Assembly: GCA_964036045.1 (NCBI GenBank)
Contig: OZ038379.1
Span: 29,946,001-30,010,000 of the forward strand
Length of the DNA stretch: 64,000 bases
Reading direction: 5' to 3'
Source of the DNA: Eutreptiella sp. 'Long Island Sound 2002'
Lineage: Eukaryota > Protista > Euglenida
The notes beneath the pieces were generated by a model. The model was not told the DNA's origin and did no database searches. It was given only the letters and a program-made list of their open reading frames with translations. Shown one piece after another: positions 11,650-25,148 of the stretch (position 1 is its first letter; every line of letters begins with the position of its first letter). A program made the position numbers and the translations under genes.

Positions 11650-11975
11650 TGTCATTTTGTGTTGTGTTCTTCTTTTTTTATTTTTTGTTTGTGGTGTGGT
11701 GTGTTATGTCGTACGGTATTATGTTGTGTTGTGGTGTGGTGTGGTGTGTTGTGTTGTGTTGTGTTGTGTTGTGTTGTGTTGTGTTGTGTTGTGTTGTGTT
11801 GTGTTGTGTTGTGTTGTGTTGTGTTGTGTTGTGTTGTGTTGTGTTGTGTTGTGTTGTGTTGTGTTGTCAACACAACACAACACAACACAACACAACACAA
11901 CACAACACAACACAACACAACACAACACAGCACCACGCAACACAAGACAAGACAAGACAAGACAACAAGACAACC
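11650..11975. repeat. Inverted pentanucleotide microsatellite: (GTGTT)n then (CAACA)n/(CAAGA)n
   Basis: The orientation switches at ...gtgttgTcaacac... around position 11867. Confidence 0.95.
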
Positions 11976-12293
11976 GTGAGAGGTGAGGTCATACATGTTT
12001 GCTGTATTTAGCAGGACTAGTATGTGGGTGGGAAGACCTGTATGCGAGTGGTGTGGGTCGCCTGGCCCAGGCCTGGTGCAAATAGGAGGTGAGAAACAGG
12101 AAGGGCCAAGCCGGGTGTAACAGAGCAGCCGGGGCCAGATGGTCTCAAAGAAAATCTTCCCTGATGACCTAACCCAAAGCGCAAATTGCACTGCTTCTTG
12201 TATACACAACCTTTTGGAATTTTGTCGATGAAGTTTTTCACCTTGCGTGCTTGCTAGCTTCCTCTTCTTCTTCTTCAACACACCCCCGGAGAC

Positions 12294-12450
12294 AACACAA
12301 CACAACACAACACAACACAACACAACACAACACAACACAACACAACAAAACACAACACAGCACGACGCAACACAACACCACACAACACCACAACACAACA
12401 CAACACAACACAACACAACACAACACCACACAACACAACACAACACAAAA
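12294..12450. repeat. (CAACA)n microsatellite
   Basis: Read directly from the sequence. Confidence 0.95.
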
Positions 12451-14228
12451 TCTTCGGCTTCTTCTGTTGCCATGGGGTTGACAGAGGGAGGGGGGTTACT
12501 TTTCACCTCCCTGTTGGGCCTGTTAACACAACACGGGAGGGGGTGGGGGGGTACTTTTCACCTCTGTGTTGGCCGGCCGTGTTAACACGCCTAATCCCCC
12601 TCGCCATCTCCCCCCCAAATTTGAGCATTGGGGGGAAACGAAATTGGCATAGGCACGACACAAACTGACTCCCATTATCATCGAAAGCCACTTGAGGGTT
12701 TTCTTTGGTCGAATGAACAGAAGCAGCTGAGACGTACGTCGCTTGGGAGCAAAAAAGATGGGGCCAAGCGAATGGACAAGTAAGTCTCAAAGTGGCAAAC
12801 CATGTGCAAAAAGCCAGACGTGCAAATCAAACGGTGCAATATGGATTGGAAACTCCAAAGCCGAAGAAATCGTCCACAGCGAATGTGCGCAAGCTCACAA
12901 ATTTGCAAGTTTTACAGTGTTGTTGAGAGGCATTTCCTTGCCCAAGCCATGATTGGTTTGTCGTCCACGGTGTTTTGGTCTTGTTTTGTGACCGGCATCT
13001 CACATTCCACCGTCGTCCAACAGTGTTACCCTCCCAAAGAGGCGCCCCTACCTTTATGCCCATGCGACAGTCATAATCAAGGATGGGCGCGTCACAACTC
13101 GGACCAAGGCCGAGCCTCCCGTGTAATCCGGATGAGAGACAAAGGTAGAGGAGGGTGGGCTCGGGTGCATCACAGTCACAGCGGTCGGGGCCTGGAGGAG
13201 TGGAGGGGAGTTTTTTTTGGGGGGGGGGGGGGGCTCTCAAGGAAAATAACCGTAGGTTACGCTCCCGACCCACACTCAACCTTTCCACGACCACATCCTT
13301 CAACGAGTTTACACATTTTTTACCTCTCCAAACTCCTCATGCTTATCGTGCATCAAGTAGAAAGGGAGGGGGGTGTCCGTGACGTGCTTTGGCACAGCTT
13401 CACCGACAGCGACACTAACCCCAAGCCCTATTCCTAACTCTAGCCCGACCACCTCTGCCTCGGCCTCTGGTACCCCCACGTCTCACACACCCTGATCCCC
13501 ATAGTGAATGCCTCCGCCACTCCCACCCGCACGCCCTCGACCTCCATGGTGATCTGGATCGGATTGAGTTCGAAGGTGGTGAGCCAAGGGTCACTTTCAC
13601 TGCAATCACTTTCGCCATGCTTTGGATTACTGTTCTTTGCAACGCCAACTTTGTTATGTACAATTTTTTTTGCAAAAAGCTTTCATGGCACGAAGGAGAG
13701 GGTAGGGAGTTCGTGTTGCGCTCACCAAAGGATGGACCGAGCGCGGGAATTTGGAGGCGAAAGGTTGTTGTGTGCCCCCGTCGGGGAAACGACCGCGCAA
13801 GTGGACATCCTAGGGCCCACCAGCTGCCGTTGGGGGGAGGTACCTCACCGCCGGCTTGGGATGGCCGCTTGGACGCACCTGGCCAACGGCGAAGGCAGTT
13901 GCCTTCCTCTGTGTGGACTTGACAAAGAGAAGTGAAACAGGGCAAGTCCGGGGGCTCCGTTGGCACAACCGACCAAGGGAATGGAGTGGAAAGGGAAGGA
14001 GTGGTGAGAGGCCGATGGGCAACACGGCCTATGGAGGGAAAGACCAAGGGAAAGGAAAGGGACGTAGAGAGCGAAGGATAGGGCAAGGAGGAAGAGGAAG
14101 GTCGCAGGGTGGTAAGGTGGGAGAGGCCGATGGGCACCACCGCCTATGGAGGGAAAGGGTCCAAGGGAAGGGCAGCGAATGGCGATCGGCCAGTAGGCAC
14201 CGCCAGCTGCAGACAAGAACAACAAACC

Positions 14229-15010
14229 ATGGCGTCATGCCAAAACACCCTGGCATTCGATTCCGCCTGACAATCAATCCACGCTGATTGCATCACTTTA
14301 GTGCAACGTGCTATCGACCATTGGTCCAACAAGAGGAGGCTCAATGCAAACAAAGCAGCCATCTTTGGCAACAGTGATAAAGTGAGCTCGGTCCTGAACC
14401 ACTTCATGAAAGTGCAGGCCCTGTGTCGTGAGGCAGGGTTGCCCGTCCCTGTTGATGCGTTGCGCAAAGGCCAAGACGTGGATGAGTGGATTGATCGCCA
14501 AATGGCTGAAATTCGGCAGGTGGGCACCTGTGCATGTGACTGCGAGTTGTGCCTCTCGTGCATCGCCTCCACCCCTGCGTTGTCCCCGCAGGGGTGGGGA
14601 CACCATCACTTGTGCAGCATCCTGGTGCACAGTGACATACTGGGTGTGTCCAGTGGTGTCCAGTGGTTGCAAGTTCGGATTCAAGCAGTTCTGTTGTTTC
14701 GAATATGATCCAACCCCACTCTTTGTATGTTTGGAGCACCACATTGATGTGCTATGGTATCACAGTGGCCATCCAAATTGGGCCAGTGTGTGTTTTCATG
14801 TCCCATGTTCTGACTGAAGTGGTTACCATATGCGATGCTATCTGTGTGTATTTCACTGGTTTTGGCTCCGGATGTTGGTCTTTCAAGACCAAGGTATCAC
14901 CAAGGGCGCTGCTAAAGCCCGTGCGCACACACATGTAACGATGCAAGTCTGGCCTGCAATGTATGACACGCAACTCGTCATCACCATCAGGCACATCCCG
15001 AGCTGAATCC
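14229..15010 (+). pseudogene. Degenerate multi-exon gene of unknown function, Cys-rich in its second part
   Basis: ATG at 14229, one in-frame TGA at 14268, then ...VQRAIDHWSNKRR...QMAEIRQ with donor cag|gtgggc. A candidate acceptor ccccgcag lies near 14591, followed by further stop-interrupted coding-like sequence. Confidence 0.35.
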
Positions 15011-15899
15011 CAATGTGCCACGTAAAATGCCTGAAGTGCCGGAGACCGACGCAGCTGCAGACACTGGTACTTTCTCCGAGACATTCATGAAAGCCTGGGA
15101 CGAGCAGAAAAAAACAAAAGGCAGTCTCAAGCAGGAAATAGTCCATGGCTTGAACAGGAGCGTATGGCTCCTGGTGCTGGTGCTTTTTTTGCAGAAGTTC
15201 TCAATATGGTGGCAGAAGGATAAAGGTGGGCTTGCAGAGAGCAGTCCAATGAAGAGTGCAACGGAATCTGTTCTGACAGATGATGTTGTGGATGACGATT
15301 TGCCTGAGTTATAGAGCCATGTGCACAGAGGCATGCGATCAGCCAGCTATGGAAGGAGAAGAGCGGCCCCCAGCTCCCCACCCCGACACACAAACACAGC
15401 CTGTGAGGGGGAATGCTGGGCCTGTCCGCGCTGTCCGCCGAACCCTTTGCATCCTATAGGGTCTCTGGGACCCCTCAGGTTCAACATGAATTTGAGACGG
15501 CATGCCACAACAAGCTGGTGGGGCTCTATGCGTTTTGTTCTCCTCCGACCTTCAAGGTATATGAAATGGGTAGGACATGTAAGTAGCGGTCCTCTGGTAT
15601 GTACCTGGGCAATAGGTGTCGTATTCTCGAGGCAGCTGGCAGTGATGAGACATTCCCGTGGGGGCCTTATGACGTACGGTTGTCGACCTACATCCCTGCC
15701 CCGAGGACAGGGATGCTTTCGGTTGGGCTCGAGTGGAGGTTTGTTTGGTGCACAAACCTACGCCCTCGGATCCGCCGAAGACCCGATTTACAAGACAATG
15801 ACTAGCAAGTAATTGGCCGTAATATGCAGTTGCAGGCCCATTCAAGTGCGATTTTGTCGGCCATACTGGTGTTGCGCACTGGGGCTTTGATGGGGAAGT

Positions 15900-16400
15900 T
15901 CTTGACTTTTTGGCAGGCACAACTCGGCGAAAACACCCATGAACACCTCACTTGCTTGAGGATTGGAGGGCGCTTGAAATTGACACGTCGATGATGCTTT
16001 CATGACACGTGACCATTCCGCAACGCCAAGAAATTCATCGCCGTAAAGTGTCGGATATATTTGTCTGCCTAGTTGCACCCGCCTTCCAAAGCACCTCACG
16101 TGCATGAACAATGGGAAAGAGGTGGAGAACATAAGAGGTGAATGTTGCCTTTGTAAGTTCGCATACGTACACTCAAATTGAGGAGATCATTCCAATCTTT
16201 AATGCTGGTAGGCTTGTGGGCTATGCTGAGGCGTTGTTGCAAATGATTCTGCCTCGCCTCCCGAGACGTTTCCACAAACTTGTGGGAGTTCTAACTCCGT
16301 ATGACTGTTGCGTGACACCATTATGCCTGACAACAATTGGCTGATTGAAATCAAAACACGCATCAGATATTGGTATGCTGCGCCGACCACGTGTGGGCAG
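15900..16400 (+). pseudogene. Possible PD-(D/E)xK nuclease remnant
   Basis: TQIEEIIPIFNAGRLVGYAEALL (E..i...lvG.xDal pattern) is followed, after a frameshift, by NWLIEIKTR (ExK motif). Confidence 0.3.
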
Positions 16401-19400
16401 GCGAATGGTCGGGAGCCGGAAGCACTGGCCCAACCTCCAAGCAAGAGATCGATGACATGCGGGCAAATAGGTTGCGATCGTATGCGCCGGCCACTGAAAA
16501 TATCTCAGACCGTGCTGAGCAGCACTGAAAGTGAGAACCCACAGCAGGGAGTGGACACAACTGGTGCGGGGCTTGCGTGAGCTCTGCCGAGATTGGCGAA
16601 GTATGATCACTGAGCACAAGTCCTACGACAAACTGTGGCCTTTGCCCAGAATCTTCCCCTGAGCCGTGCCCAAGCGTTGGACGACTGCAAGAAAAAAAAA
16701 CACAAACTACTCAAACCATGACCGCCCAGCTGTGCCCATTGCACGAAAAACAGCAGAGCCACTAACCGTTTATACCCTGACCTGAGCCTTCTTGCAGGCC
16801 CCTTTTCTACTGCTTGTAGGCCTGATGGTTTACAGATATTTTCGGGGAATGCCATGCTTCATCCAATGACTTACCAATAGTTTGGCACACTGAGACGAGT
16901 GGGGCTGTCAAATTAGGACCAGCAGGTCGTGGGTGTAGTTGGGGAGCAATGCCCGGAGATCCAAATTTGGTGTGCACATATCAGGCACAGCTTCGTCTGG
17001 ATAACGCTTGCACGTCAGATGACATGAACATGTCGGGTAGTGTTGGAGAGGCTGAGCTTCGAACAAGGAATGTGCAAAAGGTGACTTGCACGCTTCAAAA
17101 CCTGTGCTTCTCTCAATTTAAGTCTTTTTGCATGCTTCGAGTGTGCCCTTTCAACCACAATTCTGCTTCGACGGGCGCCAAAGGGTCAGGGTCCACAGGC
17201 GCAAAGTCGTGGGAGGGGGGGTCCACGGACAAACACAAGACAAAAAACAAACAAATTTTGAGCAAGTTGGCAAACTAATTCTGTCTTCATTGTTTGTACC
17301 CCCACAACTCACCCAAAGACACAGCACTGTGCAGGGAGCCACCAATTAGCAGTGCGGGCCCGGTGTGCCACCAGATGTGTGTCATGAAGATGGTGGGCAC
17401 ACAATTGGCACAAAACACCATCATCACTGCCATCGTCATCTTTGGAAGCATCAGTATCCGCCCATGCAGACTCTAGCACATGAGGCCAAGGATATCTGCA
17501 ATGTTGCTGCATTCTGTGATTTCGTGGATTACAGCCGCCAAGAGCTGCAACAATCTAGAAAAATCATCGGCTACGTCTTCTTTTTGCTTCGTTTGCAATC
17601 AATATTTGATCAGAAACGGACCAACAGAGAAGGATAAGAGGTCTGAAGCTATCGACCCAAAACAATGAAAATTGTGTTCAAGTGTAGTTTAATCGCTAAT
17701 AAGTCGAGATTTCAGTCCTGAAAACAGCTGGCAATGCTGCCCTGACCGCAAGCTCTTCAGTAATTTTATTTTCAACACGGGTCGGGTTTCAAAACCAGGT
17801 CGGCAAGTTGGGTTCGTTGGTTGGGTATGTATGCTGTGGTGCAGACATTTTGCAATTGTCGGTTTGTTTGAGGGTACTAGGAGTGCCCGCCGCTGTCATG
17901 TGGTCCTTGCTTGTGGTGGAAATGGGTGACATACCTGACACCTGTGAAGGGAGGGATTGCAGGTGCACTACGCTACACGAACTTTCTGGCCTCTAGACCA
18001 ATTTTCAAGAACCGGCGTAGTAATGATAGTAATAATAATACAACAGGACAACTAGTCCCCTGAAGTCCGCAGATCGCCTGGGCATGACTCTACCTCTTAC
18101 AGACAATTACATTCTGGCCAATGATTCATGGTCCCCGTCCCCATGTCCGGACGTGACCTTCCCCCCCATCCCTTTCAAAGGACTGGGGGGCGAACCATAA
18201 ACATAAAAAAAAGCCGGTCAATATTTCCAGTGTATCGCACTTGTTCGATTTTTGTGGGGGAAACCCTCTGTACTGTGGACGGCTGACACAGTATGTAGGC
18301 TGCTCGCTGTTCATCAGTCTTGGGGGGGGGCAGCAAAACAGCGGCGCTTTGCGCACCAATGGCAGTGTCACGCCCAGGGCAGCGAACCGCATGGGTACAA
18401 CCAGCCACAAAGCGGAGTGTAACACAGGGCCCCCTGTGTGGTTCGGGGCCCAAGGCCCTTGGCACCAGCGCATCACGCCTGCAAAGCGACCCACCCCCAC
18501 ATGCTGCATCCCCAAGCATATGCCCAGAAACACGTCCTGTGTATGGTCAGAGCAACACGGACGATATGGAGGACTTCCGCCAGGAAAAGACAACATCCAT
18601 CAATCAATCGAGACGTTATCGCCTGCAACTTCCTTTACCTCAATAACGAGAACAGTGCAATCCTGCACCGCTCTTTGAAATTGGTGAAAGGTCAAAGAAC
18701 GAAGGTCGGACCAGAGTTGCTGGAAGGCGGGTGGCGGGATTTCTTCATCAATTAGTCCGAAGGCTACATCGAGGTTCGGTGCCAAAATGAGCTCCGGGCC
18801 CCCTCTCCTTCCATTCTGTCACGCACTCAGCACCTTCTGAGCGAAAGACCCCATGGGCTCCTCATCACCCGGAGGGCCTGCCATGTTGTCATGACTCCCA
18901 TGGCAGCGCCTGCAAGACGCAGAGTAGCGCTGGCGGCTGAGGGCTTGATGCCAGCGTCCCTTGACCTCGAGGCCAAAGAACATAATCAACACATTACAGG
19001 GGACAGAAGTGACACATGTCTACACACAAAACAGGGTTTTTTTTCGTGAAAGGCGTCTCTTTTGGTCTGTTTGCATTTTGCTCGCTTGTGCCTGGACAGT
19101 ACAGGGCCTAGTACGTGCACCTGCTTATGTCATACCATATCCCATGTTGTGCCCTACCCTGGGCCACATCATATATCATATCGTGTTCTCAAAGAATTCT
19201 TGTTGAAGCGCACAGCATGGTTGGATTACCACATGTGAAAATTACTACAAAAAAATAATCACAGTGATTCCACCACAGTCTATGGCACAGTTTACGGCCA
19301 GAATACGCAGCACACAGGTATGAGTTCTGAGCAGTAAGGTGCATGGGAACGTGCGTCACTGCTGACCACAACCAGACTGAGGACCTGCGTTATAAACCCT

Positions 19401-19463
19401 CCCGTTGGCGGTCACATTTGCGAAACACAACCCTGCTTTTTAGCGTTTTTGCCGCGCCTCATA

Positions 19464-19792
19464 ATGCCGCTCCCTTTGGGGCACTATGATGGATTCACAA
19501 TTACCATTCGTGACCCCGTCCATGCCTCTGCAATATATCAACATGGCTACTTTGGCAAGGCATCCTTCTCACGGGCCCTTCCACTGCATGGCCCTGGTCC
19601 TCCGCAGTCCTTCGCCCACACAATGTGGCGGGTTGTGCAGCATGAGCTGCAGCGGTGGCTGCAATGTGCGACCACTCCGCCTGCATCACGGAGTGTAGGT
19701 GTGTGGGGATGGAACACGGGACACGATCAGCCCGTGGCGCGGGGCACGGGGCATGATCAGCACATGCTGCCGTGTGCGCTCTGCGTAGATTG
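19464..19792 (+). CDS. SEN2: tRNA-splicing endonuclease subunit Sen2-like, first exon (3' boundary 19698 or 19792)
   Basis: AIYQHGYFGKASFSRALP matches the Sen2 N-terminal GxFGKGxxSRxxP motif. A pyrimidine tract plus AG (ctgctttttag) lies just upstream of the ATG. Candidate donors are ag|gtgtgt and tg|gtgagc. Confidence 0.7.
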
Positions 19793-21058
19793 GTGAGCCA
19801 AACTTCTTGGAAAGGGGGTCTGGAGGGGCGGGGCATGATGTAGCACTCAGGTACTTGCCTTTTCCTGCACTTCTTTCTACATCTCTTTGGCTTGGTGCAC
19901 TCCCTTCACCAAACACAACAGGAAATCCCCTCGAAGTAGTCGCCAGACCAACGTCCGGCGTAAGTGACATACACCCCTGTTTAGGCAATTTTCATGGAGC
20001 ATATTGATTTACAGCGTTCAATGTTGTTTTTGTAAGACCATAATCGACAAGCAGTTCTGGCCCAGCCAACCCCAGGCCAGATACCCAATTTGGTTGTGGT
20101 GGTGGGGGGGGGGGGGGTGAAGGGGTCAAAACACGACCCGCTCCCCGTTTTTGACCTCGAAATCACGAATCACATCACGGAGGTTGTGAGATCAAACCGA
20201 GGCCGGCCGTATGCAGGGGAAACACCACATAACCCCCTTTTGGAATCTATGCGCGCGCCATAAGCGCTTGTAAAATCCTTATTTTGTCCAACAAAAGTAT
20301 CGCTTGATGAAGTTTTGCTTGGAGACTCCTGAACTGAAAATATTTGTGACGGGGTCGGGGTTAGGGAGGTAGAAGAAAGGGTAATGGCCCTAGACCAGGC
20401 TCCATTCACCCTTTTTCTTCGACACGGACCCCCTCACCAATGGTGTGGCTCCCGGGTCCTCCCTGCCTCCTGCGGGCCCAGCAAGCAGTTCATCGTTTTG
20501 GGGGATGGTTTTGTTTGCATTGTGCATGTGCATTGGGCCTTTTCCACAAAATACAGGGTGTTTTTTAGGCGGAAAGTGAGTTGAATTCTATTGATGACAT
20601 CCATGTGATAAGAACCTGTGCAGAAGGGGGTTATAGAAAGGGTGTTTGGTGGTTGTTGAGGTGTTCGGCCAACACAATGGGCACATTGTTGCTTTGCAGT
20701 CATGTTAGGGGGCCTACCATCCGCTGGGCGCGATTTTCGCCCGTTTTCGCCTGCTTTAACCCCATTTTCATTCAATTTTACGCCTTCTTGTCTTCGTGAT
20801 TAGATTATCTTGGGGTGCACTGTGCGCAGCGTCAGAGCCGTAAATGTGGTGCACGCAACACAAAAAATGCACCAGACCAAACAGGATGATAGCAGTATGT
20901 CAAACGTACATCAATATAGGGGTCCAAAACCCAGAAACTCAATTTAGTGGTGCCGTTTACTTGCATTATGTCTACTCAAAGACCTATTGACAAGTGGGAG
21001 TACGTCAAGTGATAGGGTGCTTTTTCAGTATCAGAAGCAATTGTAGCGGTTTACGGCG

Positions 21059-23222
21059 ATGCACCGAATGAAAAAGCCCAAAGGACGGCGTGCACGTCCC
21101 GTTGACAGTACAGTACGGCCTCTATCTGTGGAGTACCTACAAGGATTGAGTGATGTGTCAACCCTTGAAACTGTTGAAGACATGGTACAGGATGCCCTAC
21201 ATGGTGGAGTAGCTATGCAATTTGTGTTGTGGTTCCTCAGCTTGAGGGAGGCAGATTCCAGATCCACAAAGGGAATGCAGGACCTACGGAGCGACTGGCC
21301 CCGGAGAGGGACAAGAAACGGACCACGTTGGACAACACTGTTCTCCCAAAGCATGTGGACCTGTTTCCTGTCTCTCAACAAATGGTGCATTGGTGCTCGG
21401 AGTCAGCATGTGGATGCCTGCTTGGAGAGTCTATCCAAGGAGCAAGCATCCCTACTTGCTGGAACAAGACTTGTAAACAATCGAAAACCGAACAGTGCAG
21501 AGCAGTCCCTGCTGTACGCCCAGAAAATTGTAGAGCTAGCCAAAGATAACACCATGGTTACTTGGACAGAAAACTACAATAAGTGGCGGTACAGTAGGAA
21601 CGTTGCTCGGCAACGGAACATTTCCATTAATGGGACGTGTGTCGCCATGCTACCTGTCGCCCCCCAATGGAGTACCATGATTCAGGGGGGTTAAGACAGT
21701 GCCTGAGTTACTGGCTGCCATTGGGCAACTCCCTACTGTGCTGCGGCACGCAGTTCGTTCCTTCCATGGGAAGGTTGACGAGGTACGGTCCTGGTACCTC
21801 CGATTTGACCCAGTGCGTGTGCCGCTCGATATTCGGCGATACAATGTGACTATGGCGCCACGGTGGACATGTGATGTCCTACTCATCAACATATCCTCCC
21901 GTGACGGACTGTTGGAGGTCTGCTCCAACGTGGATGAATGGAGAACCAGGACTGGCAAGAGCACCAGTCCGGTTCTATGTGACGTTGACCTGTACTACAG
22001 AATGCTAAAATTGCAATACAATGTAACGCATGTGTCAGTGGCTACAGACAGCTTTTTTGCACACACGCCACTGCTCTTTGGTGTGTGGCATTCATACAAA
22101 TACTGTGTCGCCGAATGTTATCGGCGACTTCTGCCCCTTTGGGCAGCATTGGAATACAAGGACTTTCTTACGGCGCCTGGAACGGTGCAGATTGTAACAA
22201 ACTTCAATCTCTCCATGATGGAGCAAATGGTGCTTGCAGCATTTCTGGCAGCTGGCAGAGTGCTACCCCTGCTACGGGATGCCCAGTTGAACTTCCAGCA
22301 CCGAAGAGAAATTTATGGCGGTGGCGCCGTGAAGTTGCAACAACTAAGTACCCTCACTACACTATTCCGAGACTATGCTCCTGCACTCTTCTACATTGGC
22401 TACCAGGTGCAGACCCTGCACTGGCGGAGACACACACCGTGGTCTGGAAAAGAGGCCTACAACGGGGCCCAAAGTGGTACAATTCTGCACCGTTCTCCTC
22501 TATGCACTGCGGCCCAGAGGGGGTCGACAGCAGTACATGGATGCATTACTATTGGCGCTGCTGCAGTGGGATCCCTATATGGATGCCCTTCCTGGTGCAA
22601 CTTTCAGTGAGGAGAAACTGGAAGCTACGTTGAGTCAACTACAGCAGGGTAAGGAAGATGATCCCACAATTGTCACTATTCAGGATCATCAAAAACCATA
22701 CCGATTCCTTAACAGGAAGCCTAATGAGCCGAAGGACCTTACAGACACACACACGTACCAAGGACCTTCCCAGCCCGGGTTGTCATCCGGGCACAGAGAT
22801 TGATCAATGCTGTACAAAATGGCACGCTCCCTTTGATGCCTTTACCTGCGGGTGTAACTACCACTAAGGGAGTACCACGAGCTGAGTGGCCAGCAGACTA
22901 TGTTTTTCCAGACAGATTGTGGAATAACCTTGATAACACAGAGATGAAAATACTCGGAGTAAAAATGGTCCGAAGCCTGCTGTCACGTATTGTGATCAAA
23001 GATGGCACCCCTGAGGCACAGGAAAAACAGGATAGCCAAGAAGTGTTTGGCTGGAAACCCGCCGGAGAAGCAAACCGCATGAGAGACAACATGCAACATT
23101 TGTTGAACCGGATTGATACCAAGCTAACCCAACTGACACGGCAAGGGCCAAAGCCAGCCCCCAAAACTCAGACCCAAGCCTGGTCCACAAAGGGTACCAG
23201 AACTCAAACCCAGGGCGGCTGA
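21059..23222 (+). pseudogene. Academ/DUF6589-like transposase, frameshifted
   Basis: About 2.1 kb of coding-like sequence across frames. VTWTENYN resembles WxDN, VLCDVDLYYRMLK resembles the second Asp motif, and PLLFGVWHSYK resembles G-x-[FW]-H. Confidence 0.5.
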
Positions 23223-25148
23223 ACACAACCCTGTGCCCGCACGCCCTGCACCACCAGCTAAGCGGAGGGCAGAAGACCCTCCTGATGCTCCTATTCCCAA
23301 GCGACCTCGTGCAACTTAAGCAACAAGGAGGCTTCCGATAATGCACATGGGCTACACAAATAATGTAGCTCAGTACAGTAGTGGAGTAGTGATGGGCGAA
23401 AGTAAAAATACAATGAATACCGTTTAGACGAAATCCCACAGCCGGCATCATTGGAAATTTTACGGCGCTACCGCCGTAAACGGTAGCGCCAAAATCCCAA
23501 AAGGGTATTTCCTTGACCTTATCAGCATCATCATCATCATCATAGTAGTAAGTAGCTAGGCAGCTTCATGTAGTTAGGGGCAGAGCCACACTCCGTGCAA
23601 AGCCCCAGACCCACAATCCGTGCCAAAATACATTGTAAGTCATACAACCCGTTGGTGATCCCTGTTACCCCGTGTCCTGGCTCCTCTACCGCCTGTCAGC
23701 AGGGCAGATGGGCACCCCTGATGTGCGTTTGTTCTGTGTGTTCCGTGGTGGTGGCCGCACGACACCAACCCAGCCCCACTCTCCAAAACCCGAAAGCGGG
23801 TAGTAATGGAGGCATCCAGCGGGGAAATCCCATTGCTGTCTGTTGGGGGGGAGCTTTTGCGATCCTCGCAAGCCGGGTGGCCAGACCATGATTGACAAAG
23901 CCGCACACGTAGAGCCCAGGGGCTAGTTCAAGTCCTCCTAGGGTGGCTGAAGCCTTACCGCCCGGTACCCCGTCAAGTCTTAACCCCCGTTCCAAACCAG
24001 GATCATCAGCCGGGACAAGATCAGCCTAGCCCCTTTATCCACAGTGGGGCACAATTCGAAATCACGAGCCCGACGGAGCATGCTTACGGTGGGGTCCGCA
24101 ATGCAACAGAGCCAAAAACTAGCCCCCTTATCTGCATTGGGGCACACTCCAAACCAACAAGTGGACCTTTCAGGAGAAGGACATGGTCCTGCCCCTTTTT
24201 TTGTTTTTTGGGCAAACAAAGCACAACACATCACAGGTAAGCCACAACAGATGCAGCATGCAGTAGCATGCAAACTACAGGGAGGCACAATACACCTCCA
24301 CAAGGTGCCAGTGTAACAAAACTGACCACAAAGCAGTCACCCTGTGCCTCCAGTGTGATACGTGGATTTCCCCAACCCCAAAGCTAACCCCCTTGAACCC
24401 CTTCACAACCCCATTGATGTAAAGCCATGGAATGAGGCCCCCCCCTTTTGAACCCCCCCCCCCCTTGCTTGCCTGTCCTGTCCCTACCCCTTAGCTACCT
24501 TGGCACCCCTGCACCTCGCCTGCCTCAGGCAGGCCTCTTGTCATGTTCTCTCGGTGAAGTCCTTCGGACATTTTTGTAATTCCTATGGAAAAGAACATGC
24601 AAATGGAACATGCATGGAAGTTTACAGCGCCGTCGCCGTAAAAATTTTACGGCGACGGGGTCCTTAGAAAAAATGAGGCATATGAGTTTTTGGGTCCAAA
24701 CACTTAAGAGGGGATTTACCCCCCTTTTAGGCTGGTACCCATTGTTTGTTGTGTTCACCTGGTAGTTATTGACAGTTAACAGCCTGATACGGCGATAAGC
24801 CAGAATCTCGGATTCAGAGTACCATGCCTGTTAGGTGTTGTTTTTTGGTGTTACTAGTCTTTTGGTTTTTTTTCATTTACATTGCTCCACATGGAAATGC
24901 CACCGTGGCACCATGTGCTTTTTTTGTGCAATCCGGCAATCCTGCGCAGCCCGGATTGGGGTCCTGTTCTGTGCTCAGCTAGAAACTGGTTTCCAGCGCT
25001 TGTAGGTCTCCCCTGTGGATAGCACAGGATACGTTTTGGGGTGCCATTTTGGGCTGCATCCCGGGGGGGCCAAATGGGGGCGTCAGGTGCAGCGAACACT
25101 GCTACCAAAAGGCTGGCGTGGGCCTTTTTCTGTCTCGTAGGACACAAA

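Noticed and set aside
11419-12585. ORFs with CCVVL / NTTQH repeats
   Set aside because: These are translations of the (GTGTT)n microsatellite.
13940-14200. Two ~113-bp purine-rich repeats as a structured RNA
   Set aside because: This is a low-complexity duplication with no supporting structure.
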